Shown here one piece after another: positions 1 to 12,870 of a stretch of 64,000 nt of DNA. A model generated the notes under the pieces. The model was not told the DNA's origin. It made no database searches and worked only from the letters and a program-made list of their open reading frames with translations. The position numbers and the translations under genes were made by a program. The stretch comes from Batkoa obscura (Eukaryota): assembly GCA_030770535.1 (NCBI GenBank), contig JASVEC010000016.1:744001-808000 (forward strand), in the 5' to 3' direction. Every line of letters begins with the position of its first letter. Position 1 is the stretch's first letter.

Positions 1-362
1 TTTATTTTGTTAAATTATTAAAATCAAATTAATCTTTATTTTTTTTCCATGTGCTAATATTCTTTCGTAAATTTAAGAACCAATTATAGTTTATGATTTT
101 TATTTAAGCCTTAAGTTTTTAGTATTATGTTATCATTTTGTATTAAATTAATAAAATACTAATTAGAATGACCTGATAGAACTACTTATCAGTATTACAG
201 TAGAGTAATGTTGTACTTATACATATGCTATCAAATCTTTCAATTATAATAAAACCAAAACAATTAAAAGTATATCAACTTATTTCTATAAATCTCCCCT
301 TAATTTATTAAAGTTTAACAATAAAATAGCATAAACTCCTAACAATAAACTACACCTTGTCT

Positions 363-1286
363 TTAGTTACGTTTTGATTTTTTAGTCCCACCAACTTTAT
401 CATCTTCATCACGAGGTTTATTATCTTCAGGGATATAATCATCGATTAATAAATAAACATAATGATTAACGTTAAACTCGGCTAAACTATTTGGAGTAGT
501 AGTTAAACTTAATAATAACCCACCGAAAGAAACATATACAGTACTAATTATTAGAAAATTTATAGGTTAATTTTATAACTCTTATATAGTTTAAAACAAC
601 TACTTACGCTTCTTCTTCATTTTTTTCTTCATAACGATAGACTTTACCATACATTATATATTTAAAATGATCTCCTAAACCAGTGGGTGCCATATTGTTC
701 CATGATGGTGGCTCTGAAGTACTTGGATCATCTTTGACTGGCTTTCCATCTGGTGACAAATTGAAAGCAATGGCAATATGATATTGTTCACCGACATTGA
801 TATTGATTAATTCAGAGTTGAAATCTAATACTAATTCCATATTTAAAAAGAGAGATCTTGCTTCAAATCTAGAAACTAAAAACACAAATATTAGTTCAAA
901 TTAAAATATTAAATCGAAAGATATTAATTTTGAATAAATTTATAATTTATAATTTAAAAATTTACCTTTATCAAATTTTTTACCAAACCTATCTAAATAT
1001 AAAACTTCAAAAGCATCTCCAATCAATATATTCTCTCTGAATTTATCATCAGGGGTTACCCAATGTTTAGTAAATAAAGCTTTTGCCATCTTTTTTTTAA
1101 TTTCACTTAAATGTTTATATTTTTCATCTTCTTCTTCATCTTTTTTACTATCTAATCCAACTAAATGATGATCATTATTTTCGATTAACTCTAAATTGTT
1201 ACTATCGTTTTTTTCTTCAAATAAACCTAGTAAGTTTGTTTAATATTACTGTTTTAAATAATCGTAGTTTTATTTCACTTACTCAT
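363..1286 (-). CDS. RPB8: RNA polymerase I/II/III shared subunit RPB8 (RPABC3), ~237 aa, 4 exons (1286-1283, 1226-966, 875-608, 543-363)
   Basis: Spliced translation gives GKKFDKVSRFEA..MELVLDFNSEL..YIMYGKVY..TVYVSFGGLLL..VYLLI. GT-AG introns keep the frame. Confidence 0.9.
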
Positions 1287-1670
1287 CTTTAATAATTTTT
1301 TTAAAAAAAAGTTAGCTTTATTTTGGGATCCTTTTTTTGGATTTATTAGTTATCTTTCATTGGCAATTCGTAAAAGTTGAATTTTAATAAAATTGGTAAA
1401 TTAGTTAATTTGAATTTTAAATAAATCAACAAAACTACTATTATTATGTAATATTTATCAATCCACACCTTAAAAAACTATAAAAAATAGACTAATAAAT
1501 CAAACACTATATTATATATGTAGTGATTAAGTTTCATATAAAACAATGTACAATTTAAAGTCAGATAATGAGACAACGACAATGTGTAATTTAAATTTTG
1601 GTACTATTTTGATTATAGATAAACAAATATATGATGATATTGTAAGAATCATAACTAGGAATTCAATATA

Positions 1671-1771
1671 TGGGGATGTATTTTTATATTTAAGAATTTT
1701 AGCAACAAATTTTCCACTCAAATAGCGCTTAAAAAATGGAAAAAATAATGAAGTCAAAAAAAACACTCCCA
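1671..1771 (+). mobile_element. ~100-bp MITE-like element (family A), near-consensus copy
   Basis: TGGGGATGTATTTTT...AAAAAAACACTCCCA with imperfect terminal inverted repeats and TATA/ATAT flanks. Many dispersed copies in the window. Confidence 0.8.
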
Positions 1772-4663
1772 TATGATTCCTAAGGATCTCTTGTTCAATG
1801 ATTACACTTTCGTTGTAAAATTGATAGGATGTGCGAAATTGTCCGTAGGGATGATAGACCTAAAGAATATCCTAGTTTTACTATTGACAAGGTGTATATA
1901 TCAATGTAGTAAACTAGTTTTTCATGTTTTGTGTTTAATAATTTTATAATTGATGAGTTTGATCAAAGTATGCCTATTAAGCAATTCAAATAAAGTTATG
2001 TTATTAAATGTGTTATTTACCATTAGTAATGAATTCAAACATATCAGTATATTAAAGTTTTAGTTCTATTTTTTTCATAAATTCTATTGCTTTAAACGTG
2101 ATATCATTTCGTTATTAATAAAAAAACTTGAAAAATATTTTGAATAGAAGATAATATGATAGCATAATACCACAGGCTTTAATAACTACAAAAAATAATA
2201 AATATAAAATCTCATATATTAGCTTAAACTTTAGCTAATTCATCATTTACATAAAACCACTTATCAGACTACATTTAAGACTTTTAATGTGATACTATCC
2301 TCATTGTCCAGGCATACATCAGAATACGCTTATTCTAAATTAAATAACAAAAATAGATGACTTGAAAAAGATTAAGTAATTAATAGGTGAATGAATAAAT
2401 TATGCGATTATAATTTAGTTAATAGAATTTGATTGACAGCAGCAATAACTGTACTGATTGATTTTACGATTAGTCTATAAGCAAATTTTGAGTTTATGAC
2501 CCTAATTATGTAAGTTCTTATATTAAATAGTTCTTTTAAAACATTGATAAACAATCCACAAATAGAATAACATGTCAGGTTGGTTGGTATAGTGATAGAG
2601 CTTGGTTAAACTTTGTAAAAAATTAAACTTATTATAGAAAACAATATATTATAAGCATAAAACTATATTAGTCTGATGACGAAATTCAAGTGTATAGAAA
2701 TTTTGCATAATAGGTCTAATATAGAAGATATAAACACTTTGCATTACTATACTTACCATATACACTGGGATATCAAATTCTATTTAAAAAAGGAAATCAT
2801 CAGATTTATTTAAATTTGAACTAGGTACCTCATTTGATTCAATAAACGTTTTGGATTAACTTATAATTTATCATATGGCTCTTAGAAAGAAAGGCAATTA
2901 AATTTACCTTAATATTGGGCTCCAATACTTTTATAAAACCCCTTATTTGGGTCATAGTAAAACTTAATTTCATCTATTGAATTGCACTTGAAGGAAGGAG
3001 GAATTGTCAAGGATTTTATGAAAGGAGTTTTATCAATATAAACAATTGAGATAGGATATTTAATGGTCGCGATTCGCTAGATAAATTTGATATTATTTTT
3101 TGACCTTTAATTTATTATGTTTTTCTATCTTAATACAAGTAATGGTCTAAACTAAAGCGTTTTAATTTAAAAGAGTATTTTTTCTCAAAATTAGATACTG
3201 ATCTTATACAAGTTTCATTGCAGTTGTGGAAGGCATTGTGGGAAGTAACATTCAAGATAGATAGACATAGGCAACAATCAACATTATAATGAAAATAGAT
3301 ATATACTGAGCAATGACCAATACTCAGAACTAGATAGGGTGTTACTCTAAAAAATGTGTCATTTATTTGATAATCAGACATAATAGATAAGTAAATACCA
3401 CATTAAGCTCATCTTTTGTCTTTTTGAAGTTTCTAACCTTTTACCGAATACTGCCTTTATTGAAGAAACACATAAACATATAAAGTGGTGAATGCGTTCC
3501 AAAATACTTCTATTTTTTGTTACATATTTGGTTTTGTTAAGTGAGTAACTCTATTAGTCTACTATGTATATAATTACTTAGAAGTATTTGAATTTAGATT
3601 CTCAATGAAGTAGCTCGTTGAGAAACACAAACTTGGATAGAAGGTAATAATTCACTATGAGAGTAACTAATAATTTATTATTATGTACAAAACAATTTAG
3701 AATTAGCTTTTATACGCTATATAAAGCCACAATAATGTCAACTATACAAATTGTATATATAATAATAAGGAAATCATTAAGAAATTTTTTCAAGGATCTA
3801 ATAAAAATGGTTTATAGTAAGAATTTTATTGTTTATAGAAGCATTTATGTTATTATGAATCAAACTCAATAAAATAAAGCATAGCTTAAACAAATAAATA
3901 AAATGGGCCTCCATTTATTATATTAAATTCAGCTTCATATTCATTAAACTGCCTATTATGTACACTATCATTTAGATCATATAAATTACTAAATACATAA
4001 ATCCGCACAAAAGCATTTCTACCTTTGATTTCGACCTCCTTGCATATTAGGGCGAGTAACACTAACAGTCCATTAGTTGTATAGTTGTTTTGAAAACACT
4101 TATAAAGTTGGATTTGCCGCAAGTTTAGTCTTTTTAAATTAGCTCAAACGCGACTGTTAAGCTTTTGTTTCTTCCTTGATTAATCATTCCTCTGGTGTAT
4201 GAAAACAATTGGATTTTTATAAGCTATAGCAATCCAGGTTAAGCCTGTAAAGTAAATAGATGAATTTTGACTAGGTTAACTATATCTCTAATAAAGTTGA
4301 GTTTGATAAATGATTTCCAATCAAGGTGAAAACCAATATTTATTTGATAAAACTCATCTAAGCCAATATCAAATGACAGATAATAGGATAACTTAGATTA
4401 GTTAATTTTCAACAACAGAAAACTGAAAAATCTTGGCCTCAACTCTCCTTGAATTTATTCTTGACCATAACGAAAGCAAATTACTATTTTGGTCAGTTAA
4501 CCAATTAGCATTGCCTCACTATAAGCCACTTTAGACCCATTATTAAACAGAGGTTAAAATGACATAAATAAAGTTAAGCGAATACTTAATGCGGTTAGGA
4601 AAAAAAATGGGTCAGCTTATCTTAATAACTTTTGGTAATAAGAAAAGACCACCTTTGTAAATA

Positions 4664-5544
4664 ATGGGAGGAATTAGTCCAATATCTAATAGTAAAGTGA
4701 TTGATATATTGAGTAAAAGATTAGATGAAAATGAAAATTTATTAAATGAAACGAATTCCTATTCTGCTATTAATGAAACCAATTTACGAGATGATAATAT
4801 TGAAGAAACTGGATTTGCATCTGATTTTGAAAATATAGTTACAACCTTTTGGTCTGATTTTGTAGATTTTATGTTCGCTTCGGACGTGTTTTCACTAGGT
4901 GTAGGTAAATCCACTTTTTGTTTTTATATATAAGAGAGATTTTTAAGTTTACTTGAAGGTATAATCATTGGTACCACTTTTACAGATGCCATAAACTCTT
5001 TTGTTACTGATATTTTAACCCCGCCTTTGGGCCTTTTAATTGCTGGTAAAATCATTTAATTGATATAGTTTAAAATTTATCCGCTTTTTTTAGATGCTGC
5101 TTTTGAGAATATGTTTATTGTGTTAAGGAGAGGGATTTCAAATGAACCATATAACTCAGTTAAACAAGCGTTAGAGGATGGAGCTATGTAAGTGATTAAA
5201 CAGCAATTTTAAAGTAAATGACTAACTTTTTTAGTACCATCAACTTTGGTTATTTTCTAATGTCATTGCTAAGATTTTTTTTGATAACGTTTATATTATT
5301 TTGGTTGATAAAGATTTATCAAGTAGTCAAGCGTAGTAACGAAGTACTAAAGAAAAAAAAACTACTTAAAAAACAGAAATTGATTTTGGAGCGATTTATT
5401 GATAATACTTCAAATAATGATTTGGTTGAGAACCCGATTCAAACTTCGAGATTAACCCAGGACACCAAGAACTGCGAATTCTGTTACCAATCCATTCATC
5501 TTCATGCTAAAAAATGTCCCTATTGTACTAGTACTTTGATTTAG
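4664..5544 (+). CDS. mscL: Large-conductance mechanosensitive channel (MscL family) with C-terminal CxxC..CxxC zinc ribbon, ~243 aa, 4 exons (4664-4904, 4959-5045, 5094-5187, 5235-5544)
   Basis: Spliced protein: DFVDFMFASDVFSLGVGIIIGTTFTDAINSFVTDILTPPLGLL (MscL TM1 signature), INFGYFLMSLLRFFLITFILFWLIK (TM2), TKNCEFCYQSIHLHAKKCPYCTSTL. Confidence 0.88.
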
Positions 5545-6130
5545 TAATTTTATTGTATTAATAGTCTAATCATTTCTATGTTTTTTAAGCTACTGAATAA
5601 ATATTTATTGTCTTTTAGATTTTTGATTAGTAGAAAGTACGATAAAAGTATTAAAAATATAATAACTTAATTTATAATTAAATGCTCAAATTTAAAATAA
5701 ATGATATGTTTATATTTGAATATACTAAAATACTGAATACATTTGATAACAAAATATAATAAGTGTGAATGTTTACATATTTTATTATATTAAAAGATAG
5801 CTACTGAATTAAGTAAACTTGCTTGAATTATACTAATGGTTTATTATACTAAATTTGACTATAGATGATGACAAAATAATCAAATAAATTTAATCAACTA
5901 CATATACCATTTTTTATCATCGTCTGATTACATAGTGTTTTTAAAATTGACTAGGTTGCTAAGTAACTTTTTTGATAATGGCTTTTATAAATTTTATAAA
6001 CTTGATCAAAATAATTGAGAATTATAACAATGCCATATTTATAAATTTTGGCTATAGTCATTCTTAGAAATTACCAGCCTTATCAATGTTGAAAAATTTC
6101 ACACTCAGGCCACTACAAGGATGCTTTATA

Positions 6131-6225
6131 TGGGGATGTATTTTTGTGTTTAAGAATTTTACTAATAAATTTTCCGCTTAAATAGCGCTTAAAAAATGGA
6201 AAAAATAATGAAAAAAATGCTCCCA
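6131..6225 (+). mobile_element. MITE-like family A copy
   Basis: Matches 1671-1771 closely. Confidence 0.8.
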
Positions 6226-6366
6226 AATACTTTTTGAATAATCTAGTTTTCTAAAGTTTAAGCTAGCTTAAAATCGAACTTTTAACATGCTAAGATTTAT
6301 TAATATTATTGGTTGAATCAAAATTAAACTTTGAAGCAGTTCGATTTTTTTTAGTTTCTTGTTTTT

Positions 6367-6628
6367 ATATAGTTTTATCTGTGTTGACACAAAAGCTAAG
6401 TATTTGTTAGTAAAATTCTAGTAAAATCTTAACAAATAGTTTTAAATAAAATTTAAATACAACTAATATGTATTTAGATATAATCTCTACTCATTTTGTT
6501 TTTTACTTTTTCTAATAAAAGATACATTTCTTATATAAATATTGAATTATTAAAAAGTTGAACTTTTATTAACAAATCTTACTAGTAAAAACTTGACTTT
6601 TTTGTATTAATACAGATAAGATTACACA
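6367..6628. repeat. Decayed long inverted repeat (foldback-like)
   Basis: ttatctgtgttgacacaaaagctaagtatttgttagtaaaatt (~6375-6418) is approximately the reverse complement of aaatcttactagtaaaaacttgacttttttgtattaatacagataa (~6574-6619). Confidence 0.5.
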
Positions 6629-7629
6629 ATAAAATACTTTATATAATCTTGTATTTTTTGAGCTAACAGTTTAACTAATTCAATATTGTACTATAGATGG
6701 CGTTTTTTATCTTGTGTTTGTACATATACGCTATATAGATATACTGCCTTAAGATTTTGAATGAAATTTTAAATACTTATTTTTTGTGATGCTACATCGT
6801 AAAAATACTTGTATCTAAAATTGGTTTCATTCAATTATATAAATACAATCTTTTAAACAAAATAATTAGGAGAAAAAGCGTTATTCAGAAAAGTGTTTGA
6901 ATTTGTAGAATTATTTAGGTTATAGTTTAGTTTAAATATTAATAGCCTAGCTTTCAGTTGGTGACATATCTGGCCTGTTGTGATATTGTTTACGGTTAGA
7001 CCTTATATTACTGATGTTTAGGAAGAGGTCTTAAATAAATAAATAGTAGATAGTATTGAAAACCAAATCATTACCAGTATGTTTAGTAAACTAAATTGGT
7101 ATATATTTTTAGTAACATGGAGTAAAAGCAGCTGAATTTTGAATTTTTTAATTGCTTACTAATAATATATATATAATTATAGCTAAGCCTAAACTAATGT
7201 TCATTATATCATAAACAACTGGTTTTTTGAATAATTAGATATAAAAACTACTGTTCAATGTTCCAAAGTTCAGCTATATTTACTGTACAGGGGTACTTTT
7301 GTTAGTTTTTTGTACAATTTCAAGCAATTACAGTTGATAACATTTATTAATCAAATTTCTAAATAAAGAAGATATGGTCATTAAATACGTAAACTTACCA
7401 TCTTTTTGTATTAATAAAGACAGTAGATCTAAGGTCTCGAGAAATCATATTAATATTGAAGCATTATTTACAAAAGCTGTATATATATTTGTTAGCTATA
7501 ATTCAAAGCTACAGAGACTATACTTAACAATCTAAGCTTTGCTAGTAGTGTAATATCAAAAATCAAATTATATAAAAATTAAAGCATACTAAACATCTAT
7601 ATTAAATACTCAACAAATAGATTTATTAA

Positions 7630-8502
7630 TTAATTAGTCAATATACTAGGCTCAATACATTTTGGGGAACCATTTACATAGCTGCAAACTCTTCCTTTCT
7701 TACAATCTACTTCAAATATCATGTTATTAGAACATATTGTCTTTGAGCTTGGACCACCACAAGACTTTTCGCCTTCCTTACATATTGTTGTTCCACCTAG
7801 TTTCCTGAACTTAGCAGATTCCTTTAATTCATGCATTCTTTTTAAAGAGCGAAGATCAACTCCATCATCCTCATCTTCTTCTTCATCTTTTTTTTCTTTT
7901 TTTTCTTTTTTGTCTTTGCCTTTATCTTTATCCTCATGTTCTTTGTCTTTTTTATTCTTGCTCTCTTTTTTCTCTTTCTTTTTCTTGCTTCTATCTTTTT
8001 TAGACTCTTTCTTTTCCGAAGATTCTTCTTCTTCTTCTTCAACTTCTCTACTTTTGCCTTTACCTTTGCCTTTGCCTTTGCTTTTACCACCAGTACCTGA
8101 ACCACGGAGACCAGGAAGGTTATAATCACCTTTAATTATACCAGAGCAATTACCAGCATCAGCTTGTTCCCAAGAAGCTGCATAAAGGCCAGTAACATCA
8201 TCGAATAGTTTTTCAAATGATTTGACATTGACATCCAAACCATGACCACCTTTATCAACGGCCATAACATAAGCTACTCTACCAGATTCAGAGGTGATTT
8301 TTATACAGGCTCCACATTCACTTCGTTCAAGGTCTTCAACAGCTGTGACACGTGATAAGTCCATATCATCGTTGCTAATTTCACAGAAAACTTCAGGGTC
8401 CTCAAACTCATGCATAGAGATTTTAGTTGATCCGGAAAGGGAAGCTAACGTGCTTCCAGCTAAAAGAGATAATAAAGTAACAATTGGGATAAAGGATTTC
8501 AT
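7630..8502 (-). CDS. Secreted RlpA-like double-psi beta-barrel (expansin/loosenin-like) protein with Lys/Glu-rich linker and Cys-rich C-terminal module (CBM19-like)
   Basis: Signal peptide MKSFIPIVTLLSLLAGSTLA; CGACIKIT..VMAVDK..LDVNVKSFEKL..GLY..W DPBB pattern; 6-Cys tail CKEGEKSC..C..C..GRVC..C. True ATG at 8502. Confidence 0.75.
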   Translation of the reverse strand: MKSFIPIVTLLSLLAGSTLASLSGSTKISMHEFEDPEVFCEISNDDMDLSRVTAVEDLERSECGACIKITSESGRVAYVMAVDKGGHGLDVNVKSFEKLFDDVTGLYAASWEQADAGNCSGIIKGDYNLPGLRGSGTGGKSKGKGKGKGKSREVEEEEEESSEKKESKKDRSKKKKEKKESKNKKDKEHEDKDKGKDKKEKKEKKDEEEDEDDGVDLRSLKRMHELKESAKFRKLGGTTICKEGEKSCGGPSSKTICSNNMIFEVDCKKGRVCSYVNGSPKCIEPSILTN

Positions 8503-9108
8503 TTCAAGCACAGCGAGAAAGTATTTTACACAGTAAAATTAATTAATGAAAGGATTAAGTTTTTTAAATAATACAGTCAGATAATTGAGACTATTTATAC
8601 CTTTCACAATTGATTTATATTGGTTCAACTTCATATAAAAAAATGTATAATTTTTAGTCATATATTTTAATTAATTATTTCCATGTTCTTTCTAATTTAT
8701 TTTTTTGATAAATTTTCAGTTATGTTTTCTTAGTGTTTTATTGGCTCTTTTTATACTAAGAAGGTCAACAATTACCTTTTATATAAGTATGGATTTTCCT
8801 TAATAATTAAGTTAACATTTGGCAATCTATTAAGACCATCCTTAATTTTTTGAACATAATATAAAATCATACAAATAGTAAAGAACTTAATCTGTTTTTT
8901 ATAATATATGCATTTAATGTTATTTGAAATTCCTTGATTAGTAAATTTTTTAAATTTATTTTTTATTTTTTAAGCTATTTATTTGAATTAGTTTTGAATT
9001 TATAAATTTAATTTAAACATAAATCATAGGAATATTTAAATTTCGTATTAAACCCTAGAAACTCTATTGTAATACTATTAATTCTTTTTACTTTTGATAA
9101 TTAAATTA

Positions 9109-10653
9109 TTAAGATTTTTTAGCCAAAAAATGAGCATTTTTCTGTGCCCTATTAACATTAACAAAGAAAACACAGACTAAACCAGCAAAAAATAAGCCAA
9201 GGACAAAGAAATAACCTAAACGTACTTGATTAGTAGCAGCAACAATAGCACCAACAGTCAACGAACCAATCCAAGAAGTCCCCTTATAGGATATTAAATA
9301 AACACCAAAACATTCGGATTCTCTACCTTTAGGTACAATTTCAGCAAACATAACTCGATGGAAAGATTGTAAAGTGGCATAAAATGTAACTAATAATATA
9401 TAATAAGCATAGAATTCGCCTTTGGACTTAATTCCAACATTGGTATAGTGACCCAATATACCCCACAATGTTAATAGTGTACACAATATGGTTAAAAGTA
9501 TCACCATCTTTTTTGTACTAATAATTGCTTGAAATCTATTCTTAATGTAATACAATAATGTCATACCAACTCCTTCAGCTAAAGGAGCAAAAGCTGACAA
9601 AAACAATGTGTTAGTAGCAGTAACAGTTAAATTTGTTCTACCAACAAATATAGAAATATACATTGCTGTCGATAGCCCATCAGAGATAAAAAACCAAGAT
9701 AGTAACGCTAACCAAATATCTAGCGAATTATTTAAGCTCACCAAACTATTATATAGTTGACTTATAGTAAATGTAAACAAGTTAGAATTAGGGGGTAAAT
9801 CTGGCTGCTTTTCTTTGGGAAAATATCGATAGCTAACCAAACCAAGAACTAACCACCATATTCCATTTAAAGTACCAGCTAACTGTAAAGCGAATGGTGA
9901 TGATCCCATTATTAGAGAGATTGCTGAAGCACAAATAGTTACTAAAAAAGCACCAATCATACCCAAAGAAAACGAGTTAGCTGACAATTTATTTGAAATG
10001 CCATCCCTAACTTTATAGTAATCTTCTCTACCCTTAGCTTTAATTGTATCTTTATTATAGCTTGAATAAATTGGTAAATAGGAATAATAAAAAGCAGAAG
10101 CTACAGCGGATGAAAAATTTCCAACAATAGTAAATATAGTTAATAAACCAAAGTATTTATCTGGTATTGCTGAATATAAACTACAAACTAATCCACCTAA
10201 AATGGTAAAAAATAATATATATCGATTACGCCAATAGCCATGGTCGGCTAGTGCTGAAAAAAAGATTAAGAACAATGCCTGTAATACTACCCCAATCGCA
10301 TTACTATATAATGCAAATGAAGTGCTTGAGATAAATGTACTCCCTACATACACCCCACATTTATAGCCTGCTTTTTCATAATTACAGGGTGTAATGCCAT
10401 CCAATTCATACCCATTCTTAACAGCGCTAAGCTCAATCATTGGTGGTATTATATTACCTAATGCTAAAGCATATGGCAAAAACTAAGAAATGGATGTTAG
10501 GTTCTATAAACTGAAATTAAATGTATATTAAATTACTGAAATAGCATAACCATAGAAAGCCCAAGTATTTTTTTTGGTAATTGATCTATCATCTCCTTTT
10601 TCGAAAACCTGATCCTTTAAATCGAAATCCTCTGTTGTTGCTAGCTCTTTCAT
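9109..10653 (-). CDS. Atg22-like MFS vacuolar effluxer, ~496 aa, 2 exons (10653-10537, 10482-9109)
   Basis: WAFYGYA N-terminus, SALADHGYWR, WFFISDG, FAEIVPKGRESECFGVY..KGTSWIG motifs, ~12 hydrophobic segments. Confidence 0.85.
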
Positions 10654-11158
10654 TTTATATTAAATGTTTTACTTATAACGGAAGCTTATATTAATTTTTT
10701 TTAATCAACTAAATTTATATCCCGTAATCAGATTAATTCTTTTCTTTTCAGTTTGATTGGTAAATTTTAACGCGAGAAAAAAATCTTAAATTGTAAGGAA
10801 CAAGTATATGATCTAGCTGTTGTTTTCAATAATCTTTTGACTTATAATCTTAATATATATATAAATAGTTTTATATAAAAAGATGATAGTAGAAACTTTT
10901 AGGTCAAATCAAGAGGAGCTGATAAATAGTAATTTGTTTTATAAGATACTCCATTAAAAATATTATTTTACTAATCTTGAATTTAATAGTTTATTAAAAA
11001 AAATACTAGCAAAATAAACCTTTGTAGCTCTTTTTAAACTATCTAACTGTTCATTTAAGAGTAAAATCTAGATAAAATTTCACCTGGAATATAATTAAGC
11101 TTAAAAAATTTAGTTTGCAAAAGTTGTAACAGCTGTAATTATAAATTAAGCTAGTACA

Positions 11159-11259
11159 TGGGGATGTTTTTTTTGGCTTCATTACTTTTTCCATTTTTTA
11201 AACATTATTTGAGTGAAAAAATTGTTAGTAAAATTCTTAAATACAAAAATACATCTCCA
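11159..11259 (-). mobile_element. MITE-like family A copy
   Basis: Reverse-complement match to family consensus. Confidence 0.75.
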
Positions 11260-11519
11260 CATGTTTAATTCTTTGAAGTAAAAATAAAAAAAATAATTGA
11301 AAAAATTGATTTAGACTTAACACTAAATCCAAAATACCTTCAAATTTGGCATTCAAGTATATTTGTATACTGTACTTGATACTTTGTTAATAGTTTTTAT
11401 GTAAAATTAATGATCTTAAAAGTAGATAAAAATTTATTGAGTGAATTTTATTAGATGTTTTCAATCTAAATGCTCTTAAGTTATCCTTATAGCTCGCTAT
11501 CATGGTAAAGATGATCAGC

Positions 11520-11970
11520 TTATCTATTATTATTCTCATCTCCAAAATCTTTGTTTTCACCACCAGTACCTTCAACACGAAGGCCAGGAAGGCTATATTT
11601 ACTTTTGATTATACCCGAGCACTTTCCAGCATCCGGTTTGTCCGGAGAAGTTTGATAAAGATCAGCATTAGTATTAAATGGTTTTGTAAAGGGTGTAGGA
11701 TTAAAATCTAAACGGTGAAAACATTTATCAATGGTCATAGCATAAATCCTAATTTACCAGGTTGATATGTAACTTTAATGCAAGTACCATATTCGCTTGT
11801 TGAAGTGATTCAACAGCAGTAACTCTGAATAAATCTAAATTGTTTACGTTTATATTACAATGACTTTTAGCTTCATTAAATACATACATCGATATCTTTT
11901 CTCAACCATAAAGGGAGCCAAGTATGCTACCAGCTAGAAGAGAAAGTAATAATAGAGATGAAGGATCCAT
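11520..11970 (-). pseudogene. Degenerate third copy of the DPBB/expansin-like gene
   Basis: Aligns to 8502-8090 (DAGKCSGIIKSKYSLPGLRVEGTGG; RVTAVE; CIKVT) but carries frameshifts and an early TGA. Confidence 0.8.
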
Positions 11971-12158
11971 TTGAAGCCCAATAATAAAGTATTTTTCATA
12001 GTAGAAGTAGTAAACGAAATAGATCGAGTTTTTAAAAACATAAAGATTGTGAAGATTATATATACCTCTTAGAACCAAGTTGCATTTGCTGAATCTTATG
12101 TAAAATGGTATGGTAGTTTTGATACAGTTAAAATCAATCTTTGATGTTTCCTTTTTTA

Positions 12159-12250
12159 TAGAAGTGTTTTGATTTTACTACTTTTTCTATTTTTTAAGTG
12201 CTATTTAAGCAAAAAAGTTAGTAAAATTCTTAAATAAAAATACGTCCCCA
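12159..12250 (-). mobile_element. MITE-like family A copy (diverged)
   Basis: Reverse-complement match ending tacgtcccca. Confidence 0.65.
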
Positions 12251-12870
12251 TATTTCTTAATTTTTTAATAAACTCATATTGTACAATATAGCTTTTGCTA
12301 TGAAAAAATTACAACTGCTTTTTACAACTATGACTCTCACATTTAAATAAAGTTAATATTTTGTAATATATTAATGTTAATATTCCAACCATTGAATATC
12401 CTTAAAAGTTATTTTAGTAAAGCATTTAAACTATTTAGCATGTTTGGAAGTTTGTAATAAGTATGAGGAATATATTTCTGTTTCAATCTTTAATTTCTTT
12501 AAATTATATGATAATAGTTTTTCAAAAGTTCCTGATCATTTTTTGAATAGTATTAAAAAACTGTTTCCCAATCTCTCGAAAAACACTCAGATTTTAACTT
12601 ACAAAATAAAACTATACTACTAAATATTTAAATTAAAAATGATTAAAAAAGCAATTTTAATTTGTGTTTAATAAAAAATCTAAAAACAAAACCAAAATTA
12701 TCATAAATATACTTATATTATATTTAAAATATTTAATTAATAACCTTTTACATAAAATTTACAATCTAGAAATGAACAAAAAATGTTCCAAGTGATTTTT
12801 ATTAGGCATTATAAATTTAAGTATTTTAAAAATATCTTGCGAATCACTACCATAATTAGAGAAGCTCAAC

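Noticed and set aside
1527..1772. Short ORFs starting in MITEs (also 18324-18509, 57819-58010) with similar FFxxSLFFPFxKxYLS peptides
   Set aside because: The similarity comes from translating the same non-coding repeat.
2700..4200. Short ORFs and splice-like signals between RPB8 and mscL
   Set aside because: No coherent gene model or recognisable motif. ATACTTACC at ~2749 does not continue as U1 snRNA.
7721..8536. Overlapping antisense and alternate-frame ORFs in the DPBB genes (also 12759-13540)
   Set aside because: By-products of low-complexity purine-rich coding sequence.
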